A stretch of 64,000 nt of DNA from Gammaproteobacteria bacterium (GCA_028289815.1 JAPYNQ010000063.1:15017-79016); one strand, 5' to 3'. Numbered from the stretch's first letter, positions 9,402 through 22,062 are shown. Numbers and translations: made by a program. The notes: generated by a model from the letters alone, not told the origin.

Positions 9402-11156
9402 TTAGTATTCAATCACCTCACTGCTGGGGACGAATGGTATATGTTCCGGTTTCCAGAACTGGGAGCGTACATAATCTTCAAGATCTTCCATATTCAGGTC
9501 GTCACGGGTCGTGGAACTGTCGGCCATGGCTTGGATCAGTACCCTTGTTGCAACTTTGATGCTGACTTCCTGTAGCTCATCAATAGGTGGGAAGATAAGC
9601 CCTTCTTGCAGATGTCGGTCACTGGTATAGTCGGCGAGTGCGTAGGCGGATTCAAGCACCATCTCATTCGTGATACGTTTGCAGCCACCGAGAATAGAAG
9701 CCAAGCCGAGCCCTGGAAACACAAAGGCATTATTTCCTTGGCCGATGACAAAGATCTGGTCTTCATAGGCCACATTTGCAAACGGGCTGCCGCTGGCGAC
9801 AATCGCCTTCCCTTTGGTCCATTCAATAATATCGGCGGGTAATGCCTCACAATTTGATGTTGGATTGGACAGGGGAAAGATAATAGGCTGTCCAGTATTG
9901 CGTGCCATGCCTTCAATAATGGGTCGTGAAAATAGACCATGAATACCGGTAAGGCCGATCAGCACAGTAGGCTTACCATTATCAATGACCTCCATCAAGT
10001 TGGGTATATTGCCCTCAATACTCCAGTCGGCACAGGTATCCTGATACTGAGATATCGGTATTTTGTAGCTATCGGTGGTGATGCCTTCCATAACCAGTCC
10101 GTGGGCGTCCAATACAAACAGCCGTCGTCGTGCCTCCTGATCAGTCAATCCATCCTTTACCATGCCATCGCGGATAGCATTGGCGACACCAACACCACCG
10201 GCACCCGCACCTGAAACGACAACACGTTGGTCCCGCAGATGCTCACCTTTTCTACGGCATGCCGACAACAAGCCAGCCAATACCACCGCCCCTGTGCCCT
10301 GAATATCATCGTTAAAGCAGGGGATTTTGTCCCGGTAACGCTCCAACACCTCAAAGGCAATATTCTTGGCAAAATCTTCCCATTGGATGATGGCCTTGGG
10401 CCAGCGTGTGTAAACCGCATTGACAAAATTATCTACCAACTCGAAATATTTCTCGCCATGCAAACGCGGCTGCTGTATGCCTAGATAGTGCGGATCATCC
10501 AGCAGTTCCTTACGGTTTGTACCGACATCCAAGTTGACTGGCATGGTATGGAACGGACTCACGCCTCCTCCCGCGGTGTAAAGTGCCAGCTTACCGATGC
10601 AGATTGCCAGTCCGCCATGCCCTTGGTCGCCAATACCTAAAATAGCGGAAGAATCCGTGACAACGATCATCCTGACATCATCCCAAGGATAGTTATTGAT
10701 GACCTGTTCAGCGCGGTCGGCATTTTCAGCAGAAATTGTTATCCCTCTTGGGCTCTGATAAAGCGAACTATACTGCTGCACTGCCTTACCCACGGTTGGT
10801 GTATAAATGATCGGCATCATTTCGGTAAGGTGATCCGCCAGCAGGGCATAAAATGTAAATTCCGAACGCTCTTGCGCACTACGCAGAAACTGATACTTTG
10901 CAATATCATCCAATTGTTGTAGATAATTGCGATATAGACGCTCCACCTGATGCTCCAGATTGGTTACCCGCGGTGGTAAAAGACCTTCAAGCCCGAGAGC
11001 GATGCGCTCCTTATTTGTAAAGGCCGTGCCTTTATTTGTCGCTGCCAAGCGCAGCAATGCAAGACCGCGCAGCTTGACCTCCAGAAAGGGGTTGCCGTTT
11101 TTGTCCAGTTTGGGGTTAAAGTATGCGCTGCTTGGTATGGGCGGGATCTTTTTCAT
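9402..11156 (-). CDS. maeA: NAD-dependent malic enzyme
   Basis: Matches the malic-enzyme family along its length: IYTPTVG, VVTDSSAILGIGDQG, and the NAD-binding GAGAGGVGVA. Confidence 0.9.
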   Translation of the reverse strand: MKKIPPIPSSAYFNPKLDKNGNPFLEVKLRGLALLRLAATNKGTAFTNKERIALGLEGLLPPRVTNLEHQVERLYRNYLQQLDDIAKYQFLRSAQERSEFTFYALLADHLTEMMPIIYTPTVGKAVQQYSSLYQSPRGITISAENADRAEQVINNYPWDDVRMIVVTDSSAILGIGDQGHGGLAICIGKLALYTAGGGVSPFHTMPVNLDVGTNRKELLDDPHYLGIQQPRLHGEKYFELVDNFVNAVYTRWPKAIIQWEDFAKNIAFEVLERYRDKIPCFNDDIQGTGAVVLAGLLSACRRKGEHLRDQRVVVSGAGAGGVGVANAIRDGMVKDGLTDQEARRRLFVLDAHGLVMEGITTDSYKIPISQYQDTCADWSIEGNIPNLMEVIDNGKPTVLIGLTGIHGLFSRPIIEGMARNTGQPIIFPLSNPTSNCEALPADIIEWTKGKAIVASGSPFANVAYEDQIFVIGQGNNAFVFPGLGLASILGGCKRITNEMVLESAYALADYTSDRHLQEGLIFPPIDELQEVSIKVATRVLIQAMADSSTTRDDLNMEDLEDYVRSQFWKPEHIPFVPSSEVIEY

Positions 11157-11162
11157 CGTTAG

Positions 11163-12296
11163 TTACCCAACAATTGCCAGTAGTATGCCTGCGGCAACGG
11201 CGGAACCGATAACGCCCGCAACATTTGGTCCCATAGCCTGCATCAGCAGGAAGTTCTGTGGGCAGGCTTCCTGCCCCACCTTATTGGCGACACGGGCGGC
11301 CATCGGTACGGCGGACACACCGGCGGCCCCAATGAGGGGATTAACCTGACCGTCGGTTACCCGGTGCATAATTTTACCCATGATCACGCCGGCTGCTGTG
11401 CCGATTGTAAATGCAATAATGCCAAGTGCCAGAATACCAAGAGTTTCGGCGTTAAGAAACTTATCAGCGGAAAGTTTGCCGCCAACAGAGAGCCCCAAAA
11501 ATATGGTAACAATATTAATAAGCTCATTTTGCGCGGTATTACTCAGGCGGTCAACCACTCCGGATTCCCTTAGCAGATTGCCGAAAGCCAGCATACCGAT
11601 CAGGGGCGTGGCTGTTGGCAGCAAAATGATTGCCAAGCCTATGAGTAGAAAAGGGAACATGATCTTCTCATAGCGACTGACCGGACGCAATTGGGTCATC
11701 ACAACCTTACGCTCCTCTTCGGTCGTCAGCAGTTTCATAACTGGTGGCTGGATCAGTGGCACCAGCGCCATATAGGAATATGCTGCAACCGCGATTGCCC
11801 CCAGCAGATCAGGCGCCAGCAGCGAGGCCAGAAAGATAGCTGTCGGTCCGTCTGCTCCCCCGATAATAGCAATTGCTGAGGCATCAGCCAGACTGAACTC
11901 AATTCCGGGGATATAATTCATGACAATGGCACCAACCAGGGTAATAAAAATACCGAATTGTGCGGCAGCGCCGAGTATCGCCAAACTGGGCCGGGCCAGC
12001 AGTGGGCCAAAGTCAGTCATGGCACCGACACCCATAAAAATTAATAATGGAAATAGTCCGGTTTTGATGCCTGCGTCATACAACAGGCCAAGTAGTCCGT
12101 CCGGTCCGCTGATACCGGCTAGAGGGATGTTTGCCAGAATGCCGCCAAAGCCTATCGGTATAAGCAGCAGCGGTTCAAAATTTTTAACGATTGCCAAGTA
12201 GATAAGCAGTCCGCAGACGACCATCATGACAATTTCGCCTAGCGTGAAATTAGCGATACCCGTGGAGAACCACAGCTCCAGTAAGCTGCTTTTCAT
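11163..12296 (-). CDS. oadB: Oxaloacetate decarboxylase beta subunit (Na+-translocating)
   Basis: Polytopic membrane protein containing [19 protein letters not shown], the conserved OadB/GcdB motif. The start is chosen at MKSSLLEL, 8 nt after the oadA stop. The track ORF starts at 12332. Confidence 0.85.
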   Translation of the reverse strand: MKSSLLELWFSTGIANFTLGEIVMMVVCGLLIYLAIVKNFEPLLLIPIGFGGILANIPLAGISGPDGLLGLLYDAGIKTGLFPLLIFMGVGAMTDFGPLLARPSLAILGAAAQFGIFITLVGAIVMNYIPGIEFSLADASAIAIIGGADGPTAIFLASLLAPDLLGAIAVAAYSYMALVPLIQPPVMKLLTTEEERKVVMTQLRPVSRYEKIMFPFLLIGLAIILLPTATPLIGMLAFGNLLRESGVVDRLSNTAQNELINIVTIFLGLSVGGKLSADKFLNAETLGILALGIIAFTIGTAAGVIMGKIMHRVTDGQVNPLIGAAGVSAVPMAARVANKVGQEACPQNFLLMQAMGPNVAGVIGSAVAAGILLAIVG

Positions 12297-12303
12297 GCTC
12301 GGG

Positions 12304-14073
12304 CTACAGAATACTGAGCAGGCTTTGATCAACCTGTACGTTATCGCCTTTATTTACACTGATACTGGCGACATGGCCGTTGCTGGAGCAGCGAATCTGA
12401 GTTTCCATCTTCATTGCCTCAATGACGATAACTACTTGGCCGGCAGATACTTGGTCGCCAGACTGTACCGGAATATCAATTATACTACCTGCAAGTGGAG
12501 CGGTCACAATCTCGCCGGCGTGTGTGGGATCAATTGTAACACCGGGAGCGGCAGTCGTTGTCGGAACGGAGGCCAGAATATCACCAGTCGCAGGTTCAAC
12601 CTGAACATTATAAACATGGCCATCGACATTGACACGGTAGTTTTCAGTCCCGCCAGCCGGAGCTGCCACGGCTTGTGCCGATTCAACTGTTGGAACCGGT
12701 TCAAATGCGTCCATACTACCACGATTCTTCAGGAATTTCAGGCCAATCTCCGGGAACTGGGCATAAATCAGCACATCGTCCTCTAAGTTTTTCGCCAGAT
12801 CAAAACCTTCATCACGTGCCAGCTGCTTCAGTTCGCTGGTCAGTATATCCATTTCATTATCAAGTATATCCGCAGGGCGGCAGGTGATCGCCTCACCTCC
12901 ATTCAGTACGCGTCTTTGTAGTGCCTCATTGACCTCTCCGGGTGGAGTGCCGTACTCCCCCTTTAACACACCAGCGGTTTCTCTGGATATTGTTTTATAG
13001 CGTTCGCCCGACAACACATTGATAACCGATTGCGTGCCAACGATTTGCGAAGTAGGTGTGACCAGCGGGATATAACCAAGGTCTTTGCGAACCGCCGGAA
13101 TTTCTGCCAGCACCTCATCCATTCTATCCAGAGCGTTTTGTTCACGTAGCTGGTTTTCCATATTGGTCAACATGCCACCGGGTACCTGAGCGATCAGAAT
13201 GCGCGGGTCAACACCCTTCAGTGAACCTTCAAAAGCGGCATATTTCTTGCGTACCTCACGGAAATAAATAGCAATTTCCTCGAGCAGATGGATATCCAAG
13301 CCGGTATCTCGTTCGCTGCCATCCAGCATGGCTACCATTGATTCTGTAGGCGAATGTCCATAAGTCAGACTCATGGAAGAAATTGATGTGTCCGCGATAT
13401 CCAGCCCGGCCTCAGCCGCCTTCATCAGCGTTGTAGTGGACATACCGGTGGTAGCATGGCTGTGTAGAGCAATCGGCAGTTCGGTGGTTTCCTTTAGCTT
13501 GGTAACCAGCTCATACGCCGTATAGGGCTTGAGCAGGCCGGCCATGTCCTTGATAGCGATCGAGTGGCAACCCATATCCTCCAAGTGTCTGGCCATATCC
13601 ACCCAAGTATCCATGGTATGTACCGGGCTATCGGTGTAACAAATAGTGCCTTGGGCATGTCGGCCAGCACCGATAGTCGCCTTGACTGCTGTTTGCAGAT
13701 TACGTACATCGTTCATGGCGTCAAAAATACGGAAAACATCCATGCCGTTTTTTGCGGCACGCTCTACAAATTTGTTAATTACATCATCCGCATAATGCCG
13801 ATAGCCGAGCGCATTCTGCCCGCGCAACAACATCTGTTGCCGGGTATTTGGCATGGTCGCTTTCAGGCAGCGCAGACGTTCCCATGGGTCCTCGCCAAGG
13901 AATCGGATACATGCGTCAAAAGTGGCACCACCCCAGGTTTCCAGTGACCAGTAGCCGACTCTGTCGAGTTTTTCGGCGATTGGTAGCATGTCCTCAATGC
14001 GGAGACGGGTAGCGAATAGCGACTGATGTGCATCACGTAAGACCACATCTGTAATTTGCAGTGATTTATTCAT
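12304..14073 (-). CDS. oadA: Oxaloacetate decarboxylase alpha subunit (carboxyltransferase plus biotin carrier)
   Basis: N-terminal TIM-barrel carboxyltransferase ([17 protein letters not shown]) and a C-terminal biotinyl domain with EAMKME. Confidence 0.9.
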   Translation of the reverse strand: MNKSLQITDVVLRDAHQSLFATRLRIEDMLPIAEKLDRVGYWSLETWGGATFDACIRFLGEDPWERLRCLKATMPNTRQQMLLRGQNALGYRHYADDVINKFVERAAKNGMDVFRIFDAMNDVRNLQTAVKATIGAGRHAQGTICYTDSPVHTMDTWVDMARHLEDMGCHSIAIKDMAGLLKPYTAYELVTKLKETTELPIALHSHATTGMSTTTLMKAAEAGLDIADTSISSMSLTYGHSPTESMVAMLDGSERDTGLDIHLLEEIAIYFREVRKKYAAFEGSLKGVDPRILIAQVPGGMLTNMENQLREQNALDRMDEVLAEIPAVRKDLGYIPLVTPTSQIVGTQSVINVLSGERYKTISRETAGVLKGEYGTPPGEVNEALQRRVLNGGEAITCRPADILDNEMDILTSELKQLARDEGFDLAKNLEDDVLIYAQFPEIGLKFLKNRGSMDAFEPVPTVESAQAVAAPAGGTENYRVNVDGHVYNVQVEPATGDILASVPTTTAAPGVTIDPTHAGEIVTAPLAGSIIDIPVQSGDQVSAGQVVIVIEAMKMETQIRCSSNGHVASISVNKGDNVQVDQSLLSIL

Positions 14074-14282
14074 CGTAACTTGGAAAAAGCCATAGACGGG
14101 GACAAAATAATGAGACTATCAAGGAATACCAAAGAACTGTAGCGGACCGGCACCGAAGCAAGGTGCCACACAAGTTGAGGCTTGATAGGCTTGCTCGCCA
14201 TAGCGTCAGTCTATGGAGACTAGAGGTGTCGTGCAGCACCGCTGTGGTTCTGTATGGCAGTTTTTCAGAGGTTCCCATTATA

Positions 14283-14513
14283 CTAGCCAGCCGAGTGGTT
14301 GTTCCTGTGCATGTGGATTGCAGACTGAATCGCGGCGACCAGAGATGCGTCCGAATTGCTGCTATGTGCCGAAGCAGCAATCGGTTCTTCTTTGGGAGCT
14401 AGATAACCCAGTAAGGTCATACATCCAATCAGCAAGCCAAGAATAACGAAAACTGTTCCCATGCCCAAGACCAGTAACTCTATTGAAGCGGCTAACAAAG
14501 CATCGATCGGCAT
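14283..14513 (-). CDS. oadG: Oxaloacetate decarboxylase gamma subunit
   Basis: 76-aa protein with one N-terminal transmembrane helix and the C-terminal AAIQSAIHMHR motif, typical of OadG. It lies about 210 nt upstream of oadA. Confidence 0.6.
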   Translation of the reverse strand: MPIDALLAASIELLVLGMGTVFVILGLLIGCMTLLGYLAPKEEPIAASAHSSNSDASLVAAIQSAIHMHRNNHSAG

Positions 14514-14927
14514 AAAACTTCCTTTGGCGGCGTTCTTAGTAGACCCTGATTGTCCGATGAATCAGGGAAATTTCATAGTTTAATTTACCGATGGGCACTA
14601 TTTCTTCAAGAATGAAAGTCTCAAGATGATTTATAACAAAGGGCTGCTAACCATATGATAGTCAAGGTATAAGCTAGGTTAGCCAGGTAAGTTATAGCTT
14701 ATGTGTGCATAAAAAAATTATAGGAAGCCCGTGCATAGTCTGCTGACCCAGCTTTCATTTCTGCGAGCACAGCTATGTAGCGGTAATGGCATTGAACATC
14801 TGCTAGTATTAACCCAATCAATTCAGATAATTAAAATATGAAATTTAGTCAATACTTCATGCCTCTCTATAATTGTAAGCAAAGTATGCTAGGTTGCACA
14901 AAACTTAAACAACAGGAGAAATCAGAT

Positions 14928-16265
14928 ATGAAAACCCGTCAGCAGCAGACCGATGAATTACAACAGGATTGGGACACCAACCCTCGTTGGAACAACATTG
15001 AACGCAGCTACAGTGCTGCGGATGTTGTGCGTCTGCGTGGTTCCATACAGCCTGAACACAGTATCGCCAGACACGGCGCGGAAAAGCTCTGGCAGCTGCT
15101 TAATGGTGGTGCTGCAAAAGGCTACGTTAACGCATTCGGTGCCATCAGTGCCGGCCAAGCTATGCAACAGGCAAAAGCCGGTTTGGAGGCCGTTTACCTG
15201 TCCGGCTGGCAAGTTGCTGCCGATGGTAACACGTCCGAAACCATGTATCCTGATCAGTCGCTTTATGCTTATGACTCTGTACCAGCGATGGTCCGCCGTA
15301 TCAACAACACCTTCAAGCGTGCCGATGAAATCCAGTGGAGCCGTGGCACAGGTCCGGGAGACAAAGGTTATATCAACTATTTTCTGCCCATAGTAGCCGA
15401 TGCCGAAGCTGGTTTTGGTGGCATCCTCAACGCCTTTGAGCTGATGAAAAACATGATTACTGCAGGTGCTGCCGGTGTCCATTACGAAGATCAGCTAGCC
15501 GCTGTCAAGAAATGTGGGCATATGGGTGGCAAAGTTCTGGTGCCTACCTCCGAAGCTGTGCAGAAGCTTATCGCAGCACGTTTTGCTGCCGATGTTATGG
15601 GTGTACCGACCATCCTGTTGGCGCGCACTGATGCCGAAGCGGCTAACCTCTTGACAGCCGATATTGACCCCAATGATCAGCCGTTCCTCACTGGTGAGCG
15701 CACCACTGAAGGTTTTTATCGGGTTCGCAATGGTCTTGAGCAATCAATCAGCCGGGGTGTCGCCTACGCCCCATACGCCGATCTGATCTGGTGCGAAACC
15801 GGTAAGCCGGACATTGGTTTTGCACGCGAGTTCGCTCAAGCCGTACAGGCCGCCAATCCGGATCAACTCATGGCCTATAACTGCTCACCGTCGTTTAATT
15901 GGCAGGCTAATCTGCCGGCAAACCGGATAGCTGCCTTCCAGGAAGATCTGTCCGTCCTTGGCTACAAATACCAGTTTATCACCTTGGCCGGTATCCACCT
16001 CAACTGGTACAACACTTTCCGCTTTGCCCACGCCTACGCTCGCGGCGAAGGTATGAAGCACTACACGGAAATGGTACAGGAACCGGAATTTGCTGCCCGC
16101 CAGCAAGGCTACACCTTTGTATCCCACCAGCGGGAAGTTGGTGCTGGTTACTTTGACGACGTAACCACAGTTATCCAAGGCGGCGTCTCTTCGGTGACTG
16201 CCCTTACCGGTTCCACCGAAGAAGAGCAATTCGGTGATACCTCAAGTGCCGAAAAAATCGCGTAG
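14928..16265 (+). CDS. aceA: Isocitrate lyase
   Basis: Signature [14 protein letters not shown]. Length about 445 aa from the internal ATG at 14928, which is preceded by AGGAGA. The track ORF starts at 14838. Confidence 0.9.
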   Translation: MKTRQQQTDELQQDWDTNPRWNNIERSYSAADVVRLRGSIQPEHSIARHGAEKLWQLLNGGAAKGYVNAFGAISAGQAMQQAKAGLEAVYLSGWQVAADGNTSETMYPDQSLYAYDSVPAMVRRINNTFKRADEIQWSRGTGPGDKGYINYFLPIVADAEAGFGGILNAFELMKNMITAGAAGVHYEDQLAAVKKCGHMGGKVLVPTSEAVQKLIAARFAADVMGVPTILLARTDAEAANLLTADIDPNDQPFLTGERTTEGFYRVRNGLEQSISRGVAYAPYADLIWCETGKPDIGFAREFAQAVQAANPDQLMAYNCSPSFNWQANLPANRIAAFQEDLSVLGYKYQFITLAGIHLNWYNTFRFAHAYARGEGMKHYTEMVQEPEFAARQQGYTFVSHQREVGAGYFDDVTTVIQGGVSSVTALTGSTEEEQFGDTSSAEKIA

Positions 16266-16579
16266 CCCTGAGGTAGTTTACTTCGCATCCTCTATAGGTG
16301 AATTTCAGCAGCCTGTCAGATGAGAGTAATGTGAGACCTATAAAAAAGCCTGTGGAGAACTTCTAGAAATTTTTTGCGCAAGGTTATAGCTGCGCGCAGT
16401 GCTGGAAACGCCCATGTAGCTGACTATGTGTTGCAGTTCTTGTGTTCTGTACGTCTTTGTTTGGGAATCGTGTAGAAGGTTTTCTGGGGTTCTCTAGAAA
16501 ATCATGTTTGCAGTCCGTGGTGTCTGATGTCCCCATGCAGTAAAAATCCGGCTTTTTGATTGCGGATGGGCATGGCGGA

Positions 16580-17023
16580 CTAAAATCCGGCTTTTTGGTA
16601 ATATTCGCGTGCCTTATCGGGGTCACGGGGTACGCCGATTCCTTGTTCGTACATCATGCCTAGAGTGGTCAGCGAACCGGCGAGGCCTTGGTCGGCGGAC
16701 TTGCTGAACCAGTGTATCGCCAGCTCGGAGTTTTGGGCAGCACACTCGCCCTGCATGTACATGAACCCGAGGCCATGTTGGGCAAGCGCATGACCCTGTT
16801 CGGCGGCGATACGCATCCATTTAAATGCTTGGGTATCATTTTTTGTCATGCCCAGCCCACCTTGGTATATGACTGCTATACGGTACTGGGCTTCGGCTTC
16901 ACCACTTTCTGCCAGCGGCGTGAGTAGCTGCATGGCACGAGAAAAGTGTTTCGCTTCAAACGCCATGATACCGCTGTGCAGCTCCACGGTGGCATTGCTG
17001 GTGGGATCCTGGTGCTCTGACAT
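16580..17023 (-). CDS. Sel1/TPR-like repeat protein
   Basis: Three repeats of the AxxxGxAxAQxxLGxMYxxGxGVxxD type. Confidence 0.65.
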   Translation of the reverse strand: MSEHQDPTSNATVELHSGIMAFEAKHFSRAMQLLTPLAESGEAEAQYRIAVIYQGGLGMTKNDTQAFKWMRIAAEQGHALAQHGLGFMYMQGECAAQNSELAIHWFSKSADQGLAGSLTTLGMMYEQGIGVPRDPDKAREYYQKAGF

Positions 17024-17573
17024 GATATAAGTTCCGTGCGTGGGTTAGGTTTTCAGGTATCCTCCGCAGAGAAAAATCCGAGTGTCTGGATATTTCTCAA
17101 AGTGTAGCAAATTTATGGCGACATCGCGAGTCATAGTGTGAGCTTGCCGGGCGGCGGCGGATGTCGGCAGACTGGTCCATCAGGTACTCACTGTAAACGG
17201 CCTGATGTCATGTAGAGCGCGCACTATACTTTGAGCATGGTTGGGTCACAATTCTGTAGCTAGCTGGAGGATACTAAGATGTCATCTTGTCGGAACCTTC
17301 CGATACTCAGGCATTGCGCTTGTATCAAAGATTAACCGGCTATCATCTCGGTTTAATAAAGGATGGGGGTTAGTGTGTGGTTACGGTGGATGTGCAAAGT
17401 TTTATGTCAATGAATTTCATAGCTTGATGTATGTGTCAAATCTGCTCTCGGAATCAATCAATAACCGGTACAGCGTGAGATTCCGATTTTGACTGGGCAT
17501 ATTTTGTTCCGGGCATGACCACAGCCTCCTGTGGTATCATTGGCAGGCTTTTTTCTGTGTTTTTTCAAAGGTT

Positions 17574-17867
17574 TTGATGATGGTGTTGAGTGGCGCACAG
17601 GTGAGGGACATTGCTTGGCTGGCACGGTTGCAGATCGATGAGGCGGATATTGGGCAGTATGCAGCGGAGTTATCGCGGGTACTGGAGTTAATCCGGCAGA
17701 TGAATGAGGTGGATACCGATGACGTGATTGCTATGGCGCATCCGACGGATGCGGTGCAACGTTTGCGGGCCGATAAGGTCACGGAGGTGGATCAACGAGA
17801 GAAATTGCAGGCGCTCGCGCCGTTGGCGGAGTCCGGTTTATATTTGGTGCCGAGGGTGATTGAGTGA
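17574..17867 (+). CDS. gatC: Asp/Glu-tRNA amidotransferase subunit C
   Basis: [42 protein letters not shown] is the GatC family sequence. It overlaps gatA by 4 nt. Confidence 0.85.
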   Translation: MMMVLSGAQVRDIAWLARLQIDEADIGQYAAELSRVLELIRQMNEVDTDDVIAMAHPTDAVQRLRADKVTEVDQREKLQALAPLAESGLYLVPRVIE

Positions 17868-19339
17868 CTGATCTGCATACTCTAAGCATAGTCGGATTAG
17901 CAGAAGGCCTGCGGCGGAGAGAGTATTCCGCAGCCGAGCTGACACAGCATTTCATGGAGCGTATTAGTAAGTCAAATACGCTTTTGAATGCCGTTATTAC
18001 GCTTGCTGAGGAGCAGGCAGCGGCGACTGCTGAACAGGCCGATGTGCGGATTGCCGCTGGTGATGCGGAACCATTGACGGGCATTCCGCTGCTGCATAAG
18101 GATATTTTTTGTACCGACGGAATACGCACATCGTGCGGCTCGAAAATGCTGGATGCGTTTATCGCACCCTATGACGCGACAGTTGTGGCCCGGTTGAGTG
18201 CAGCGGGTGCAGTAATGCTGGGCAAGACTAATATGGATGAATTCGCCATGGGGTCGTCGAATGAAGCCAGTTATTACGGACCAGTCAGGAATCCCTGGGA
18301 TATAGAACGGGTACCCGGCGGTTCTTCCGGCGGCTCTGCGGCAGTGGTGGCGGCGCGGCTGGCACCGGCTGCAACTGGCAGTGATACGGGGGGGTCTATC
18401 CGGCAGCCGGCGGCATTGTGTGGTGTGACCGGTTTGAAGCCGACTTATGGCCGGATCTCCCGGTATGGCATGGTTGCCTTTGCCTCCAGCTTGGATCAGG
18501 CCGGCACGCTGAGTGCCGATGCGCGGGATGCGGCTTTGCTGCTCAATGTCATGGCCGGTTTTGATCAGCGGGACTCCACCAGCATCGATCATCCTGTGCC
18601 AGATTATACAGCGATATTGGACAATAGCCTTGATGGCTTGAAGATAGGTATTGCCGAAGAGTTTTTTGATGCGGGCCTAGATGATGGAGTGGCCTCGCAG
18701 GTGCAGGCTGCCATCAGGCAGCTGGAGGTGTTGGGGGCATCCATAAAAAATATCAGTCTGCCGCATATGAAGGTTTCGGTTGCCACTTATTATGTGGTGG
18801 CCTCAGCCGAGTGTTCTTCCAATCTGTCGCGTATGGATGGGGTGCGGTTTGGTTACCGCTGTGAAAACCCGAAGGATCCGGGGGATATGTATGCACGTTC
18901 TCGGAGTAAAGGCTTCGGAGCTGAGGTCAAGCGTCGTATCATGATCGGTACTTACGTGCTGTCGGCTGGTTTTTATGATGCTTATTACCTGAAAGCACAG
19001 AGGGTGCGTCGCGTTATCGCGGATGATTTTAAGCGAGCATTTGACGATGTTGATCTGATTGTCGGGCCAACGACGCCGGAGACTGCTTTTACGTTAAACG
19101 AGAAAGCCAGCGACCCGATCAGAATGTATTTATCGGACATTTATACGATTGCTGCAAATCTTGCCGGCTTGCCGGCTATGTCAATACCCTGTGGCTTTAG
19201 TCAGGGCTTGCCTGTTGGTTTACATCTGATTGGTAATTTGTTTGATGAGGCGCGTTTATTGAATGTCGCGCATCAGTATCAACGGCATACGGACTGGCAT
19301 AGCCGGGTTCCTGAGCGATTTTTACAGGAGATACCGTGA
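17864..19339 (+). CDS. gatA: Asp/Glu-tRNA amidotransferase subunit A
   Basis: Amidase signature [13 protein letters not shown], 491 aa. Confidence 0.95.
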   Translation: MTDLHTLSIVGLAEGLRRREYSAAELTQHFMERISKSNTLLNAVITLAEEQAAATAEQADVRIAAGDAEPLTGIPLLHKDIFCTDGIRTSCGSKMLDAFIAPYDATVVARLSAAGAVMLGKTNMDEFAMGSSNEASYYGPVRNPWDIERVPGGSSGGSAAVVAARLAPAATGSDTGGSIRQPAALCGVTGLKPTYGRISRYGMVAFASSLDQAGTLSADARDAALLLNVMAGFDQRDSTSIDHPVPDYTAILDNSLDGLKIGIAEEFFDAGLDDGVASQVQAAIRQLEVLGASIKNISLPHMKVSVATYYVVASAECSSNLSRMDGVRFGYRCENPKDPGDMYARSRSKGFGAEVKRRIMIGTYVLSAGFYDAYYLKAQRVRRVIADDFKRAFDDVDLIVGPTTPETAFTLNEKASDPIRMYLSDIYTIAANLAGLPAMSIPCGFSQGLPVGLHLIGNLFDEARLLNVAHQYQRHTDWHSRVPERFLQEIP

Positions 19340-20775
19340 CGGTCTGGGAAACTGTTATTGGCTTGGAGATTCATGTACGGTTGCTTACTTGCAGCAAGCT
19401 GTTTTCCGGTGCCTCCACGACTTATGGAGCCGAACCGAATAGCTTGGCCTGTGCGGTTGACCTGGGGTTGCCAGGTGTTCTGCCGATGGTAAATGAGGAG
19501 GTGTTTCGCAAGGCGGTCAGATTCGGTCTGGGTGTTAACGCGGAAATCAGCAGGTGCTCGGTGTTTGACCGCAAGAATTATTTTTATCCTGATCTGCCCA
19601 AGGGATACCAGATTTCCCAGCTTTATCTGCCTGTTGTTAGCAAGGGCGAGCTGGAGATCAACGTGGGCGATGGTAACAGCAGTAAAGTGATCGGCATTAC
19701 TCGGGCACATCTGGAAGAGGACGCGGGAAAGTCGCTGCATGAGGACTTCGCCGGGATGTCTGGTATTGATCTGAATCGAGCCGGTACACCGCTGCTGGAA
19801 ATTGTTTCCGAGCCGGATATGCGATCAGCCAGCGAGGCGGTGGCTTATATGAAGGCCATGCATACGCTGGTTCGGTATCTGGAAATATCCGATGGTAATA
19901 TGCAGGAAGGCTCGTTTCGATGTGATGCGAATGTTTCGGTGCGTGCCCAAGGGCAGGCTGAGTTCGGCACACGTACTGAAATTAAAAATCTGAACTCTTT
20001 TCGCTTTGTGGAGCGTGCTATCAACCATGAGGTGGAGCGGCAGACGGATATTCTGGAAAACGGTGGTGAAGTGATGCAGGAAACGCGTCTGTATGACAGC
20101 GACAGGGATGAGACCCGTTCCATGCGTTCCAAGGAAGAAGCCAACGATTACCGTTATTTCCCTGACCCGGATTTGCTACCGGTTATTATTGATGATGCCT
20201 ACATAGAGGCTGTTCGGCAGTTCATGCCGGAATTGCCAAATGCGAAGCGTAACCGCTTTATACAGGAACTGGGGCTGAGTGCATATGATGCTGCGGTGCT
20301 GACCGGCAGCAGGGAGATAGCGGATTACTATGAAGCGGTACTGGCTGAGGCAGGAGAAGCCCGGTTGAGTGCCAACTGGGTTATTGTGGAGCTGGTTGGT
20401 GCCTTGAACAGTGATGGACTGGATATCAGGCAGAGTCCGGTTAGTGCAAAAAGGCTCGGGGGGCTTATCAGGCGCATTGACGATAACACAATTTCAGGCA
20501 AGATCGGCAAGCAGATTTTTAGGCAAATGTGGTGTTCGGAAGATGACGCGGATACGATTATTGAGGCCAGAGGTCTCAGGCAGATTACCGATAACAGTGC
20601 CATTGAGGATATGATTGATAAAGTATTGGCTGACAGTCCTAGGCAGGTTGAACAGTATCGGGCCGGGCAGAAGAAGGTACTGGGTTATTTTGTGGGACAG
20701 GTTATGAGGGCTTCACAGGGCAGGGCCAACCCGCAGCAGGTGAATGGGATACTGCGCTCCAGGTTGAAGAATTAA
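19336..20775 (+). CDS. gatB: Asp/Glu-tRNA amidotransferase subunit B
   Basis: N-terminus [13 protein letters not shown], and a C-terminal YqeY-like domain, 479 aa. Confidence 0.95.
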   Translation: MTVWETVIGLEIHVRLLTCSKLFSGASTTYGAEPNSLACAVDLGLPGVLPMVNEEVFRKAVRFGLGVNAEISRCSVFDRKNYFYPDLPKGYQISQLYLPVVSKGELEINVGDGNSSKVIGITRAHLEEDAGKSLHEDFAGMSGIDLNRAGTPLLEIVSEPDMRSASEAVAYMKAMHTLVRYLEISDGNMQEGSFRCDANVSVRAQGQAEFGTRTEIKNLNSFRFVERAINHEVERQTDILENGGEVMQETRLYDSDRDETRSMRSKEEANDYRYFPDPDLLPVIIDDAYIEAVRQFMPELPNAKRNRFIQELGLSAYDAAVLTGSREIADYYEAVLAEAGEARLSANWVIVELVGALNSDGLDIRQSPVSAKRLGGLIRRIDDNTISGKIGKQIFRQMWCSEDDADTIIEARGLRQITDNSAIEDMIDKVLADSPRQVEQYRAGQKKVLGYFVGQVMRASQGRANPQQVNGILRSRLKN

Positions 20776-20846
20776 TCCTGCATATCTTTCTGGCGTGCGA
20801 AGGATTGACCATTATGTGTTAGGTAGTAGGTAACGCAGGATCGCTT

Positions 20847-21101
20847 TTAGAAAACCGACAGTGTTGTTGTTTTTTGACGTAGACTCCTTTCCGGTTTTAA
20901 GGCAGACGGTTTTAATCTCGGCTCCATCTGAAAATTGCGACTATTCGCGCACTCCGCAACCGGAATCCCAACAGTGGGAAAGGTTCCGGACCGATCATTG
21001 TCCAGCATCCGGACGTATAGCGAGCCGTCTTTATCCAGCCAAAGCGCGAATCCAATTTCCCCGTCCCCTTCGATCTTTGGTGCTTCGCCGTAGAAATCCA
21101 A
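20847..21101 (-). CDS. Small hypothetical protein; a TTG start is used in the track
   Basis: Only an ORF with weak ribosome-binding-site evidence. No family recognised. Confidence 0.15.
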   Translation of the reverse strand: MDFYGEAPKIEGDGEIGFALWLDKDGSLYVRMLDNDRSGTFPTVGIPVAECANSRNFQMEPRLKPSALKPERSLRQKTTTLSVF

Positions 21102-21435
21102 CTTCTTAAATTTCTCTATATCATTTCCTCGTTTTCAATGACGGCTAGCTATTAACAGTCCCTCCAGTTTACCCTGAAATGCAGACGAACACAAAAATGC
21201 TTTTGGGAGCAATAAAGTCGACAGTATTTTAGTTTAGTCTATCATCCTTGATGAAGGACAGGTTTATACTGTTGCCTCCCATCGGGTTGATTATAGATAT
21301 TCGGCGTAAAACCTCCAGAAGGGTATTCTGACCACGCTCTTTCCACAATTTAACTCAATACGGCTTGGAGTAGCAACGCTTTTCAGTGAGAGACAGATCG
21401 GTTTTCGATCATTGTGGCTGAGAGAGGCAAGCAGG

Positions 21436-22062
21436 TCAGATTCGGTAGGCTGTGATTGTCATTATCCGGGAGATAAATTTCATGCTGCGTCTGACGGATT
21501 CTGGCAGGGGTTTGCCGCCTGCATGCATGGCATTGTCAGCATGTTGTATTTCGTCTTCTCTTATTTGCCTCAGTATGGCACGGCTGCGTTGGTCCTGTTT
21601 TGGTAATTGTCTCAAATGCTGCTCCAGATGTGCCTGTACTTGGCGTTCGGTTTCCATGATAAAACCCAGATTCCAGCTATTGCCGGCCAATCCGGCGGCG
21701 GCACCAATGGCAAAAGAACCGGCATACCACAGAGGATTTAGCAGGCTGGCGTGGCCTTGCAGCTCATCAAGCCGCTGTTTGCACCAGTGCAGGTGGTCGG
21801 CTTCCTGTTCGGCGGCATGCAGCATGTGGCGACGTGTATGTCGATTTTTGGCGGTGAGTGCCTGTCCGTGGTAAAGAGCCTGTGCGCAAATCTCACCTGT
21901 GTGGTCAACCCGCATCAGGTCGGCAACATATTTGCGTTCGTTGTCTGATAGCTCGGGCTGAGGGATGCCGGCGGCCGGATTGGGACGACTGCTGTTGCAG
22001 ACTCCGTGTAATGTGCGCAGCGCGCTATCAAAGGTGTTAATCAAGTAGTCGATATCAAACAC
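21436..22062 (-). CDS. coq7: Demethoxyubiquinone hydroxylase (di-iron, ferritin-like)
   Basis: Paired E-x-x-H motifs (EQEADHLHW, DEIQHADNA), 208 aa. Confidence 0.85.
   Translation of the reverse strand: MFDIDYLINTFDSALRTLHGVCNSSRPNPAAGIPQPELSDNERKYVADLMRVDHTGEICAQALYHGQALTAKNRHTRRHMLHAAEQEADHLHWCKQRLDELQGHASLLNPLWYAGSFAIGAAAGLAGNSWNLGFIMETERQVQAHLEQHLRQLPKQDQRSRAILRQIREDEIQHADNAMHAGGKPLPESVRRSMKFISRIMTITAYRI

Noticed and set aside
14066-14380. A 104-aa minus-strand ORF between oadA and oadG
   Set aside because: It overlaps the well-supported oadG frame and the oadG-oadA spacer. It has no ribosome-binding site and is likely spurious.
17972-18592. A 206-aa minus-strand ORF inside gatA
   Set aside because: Antisense to gatA, which matches the amidase family along its whole length. 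The composition is Arg/Cys/His-rich and non-protein-like.
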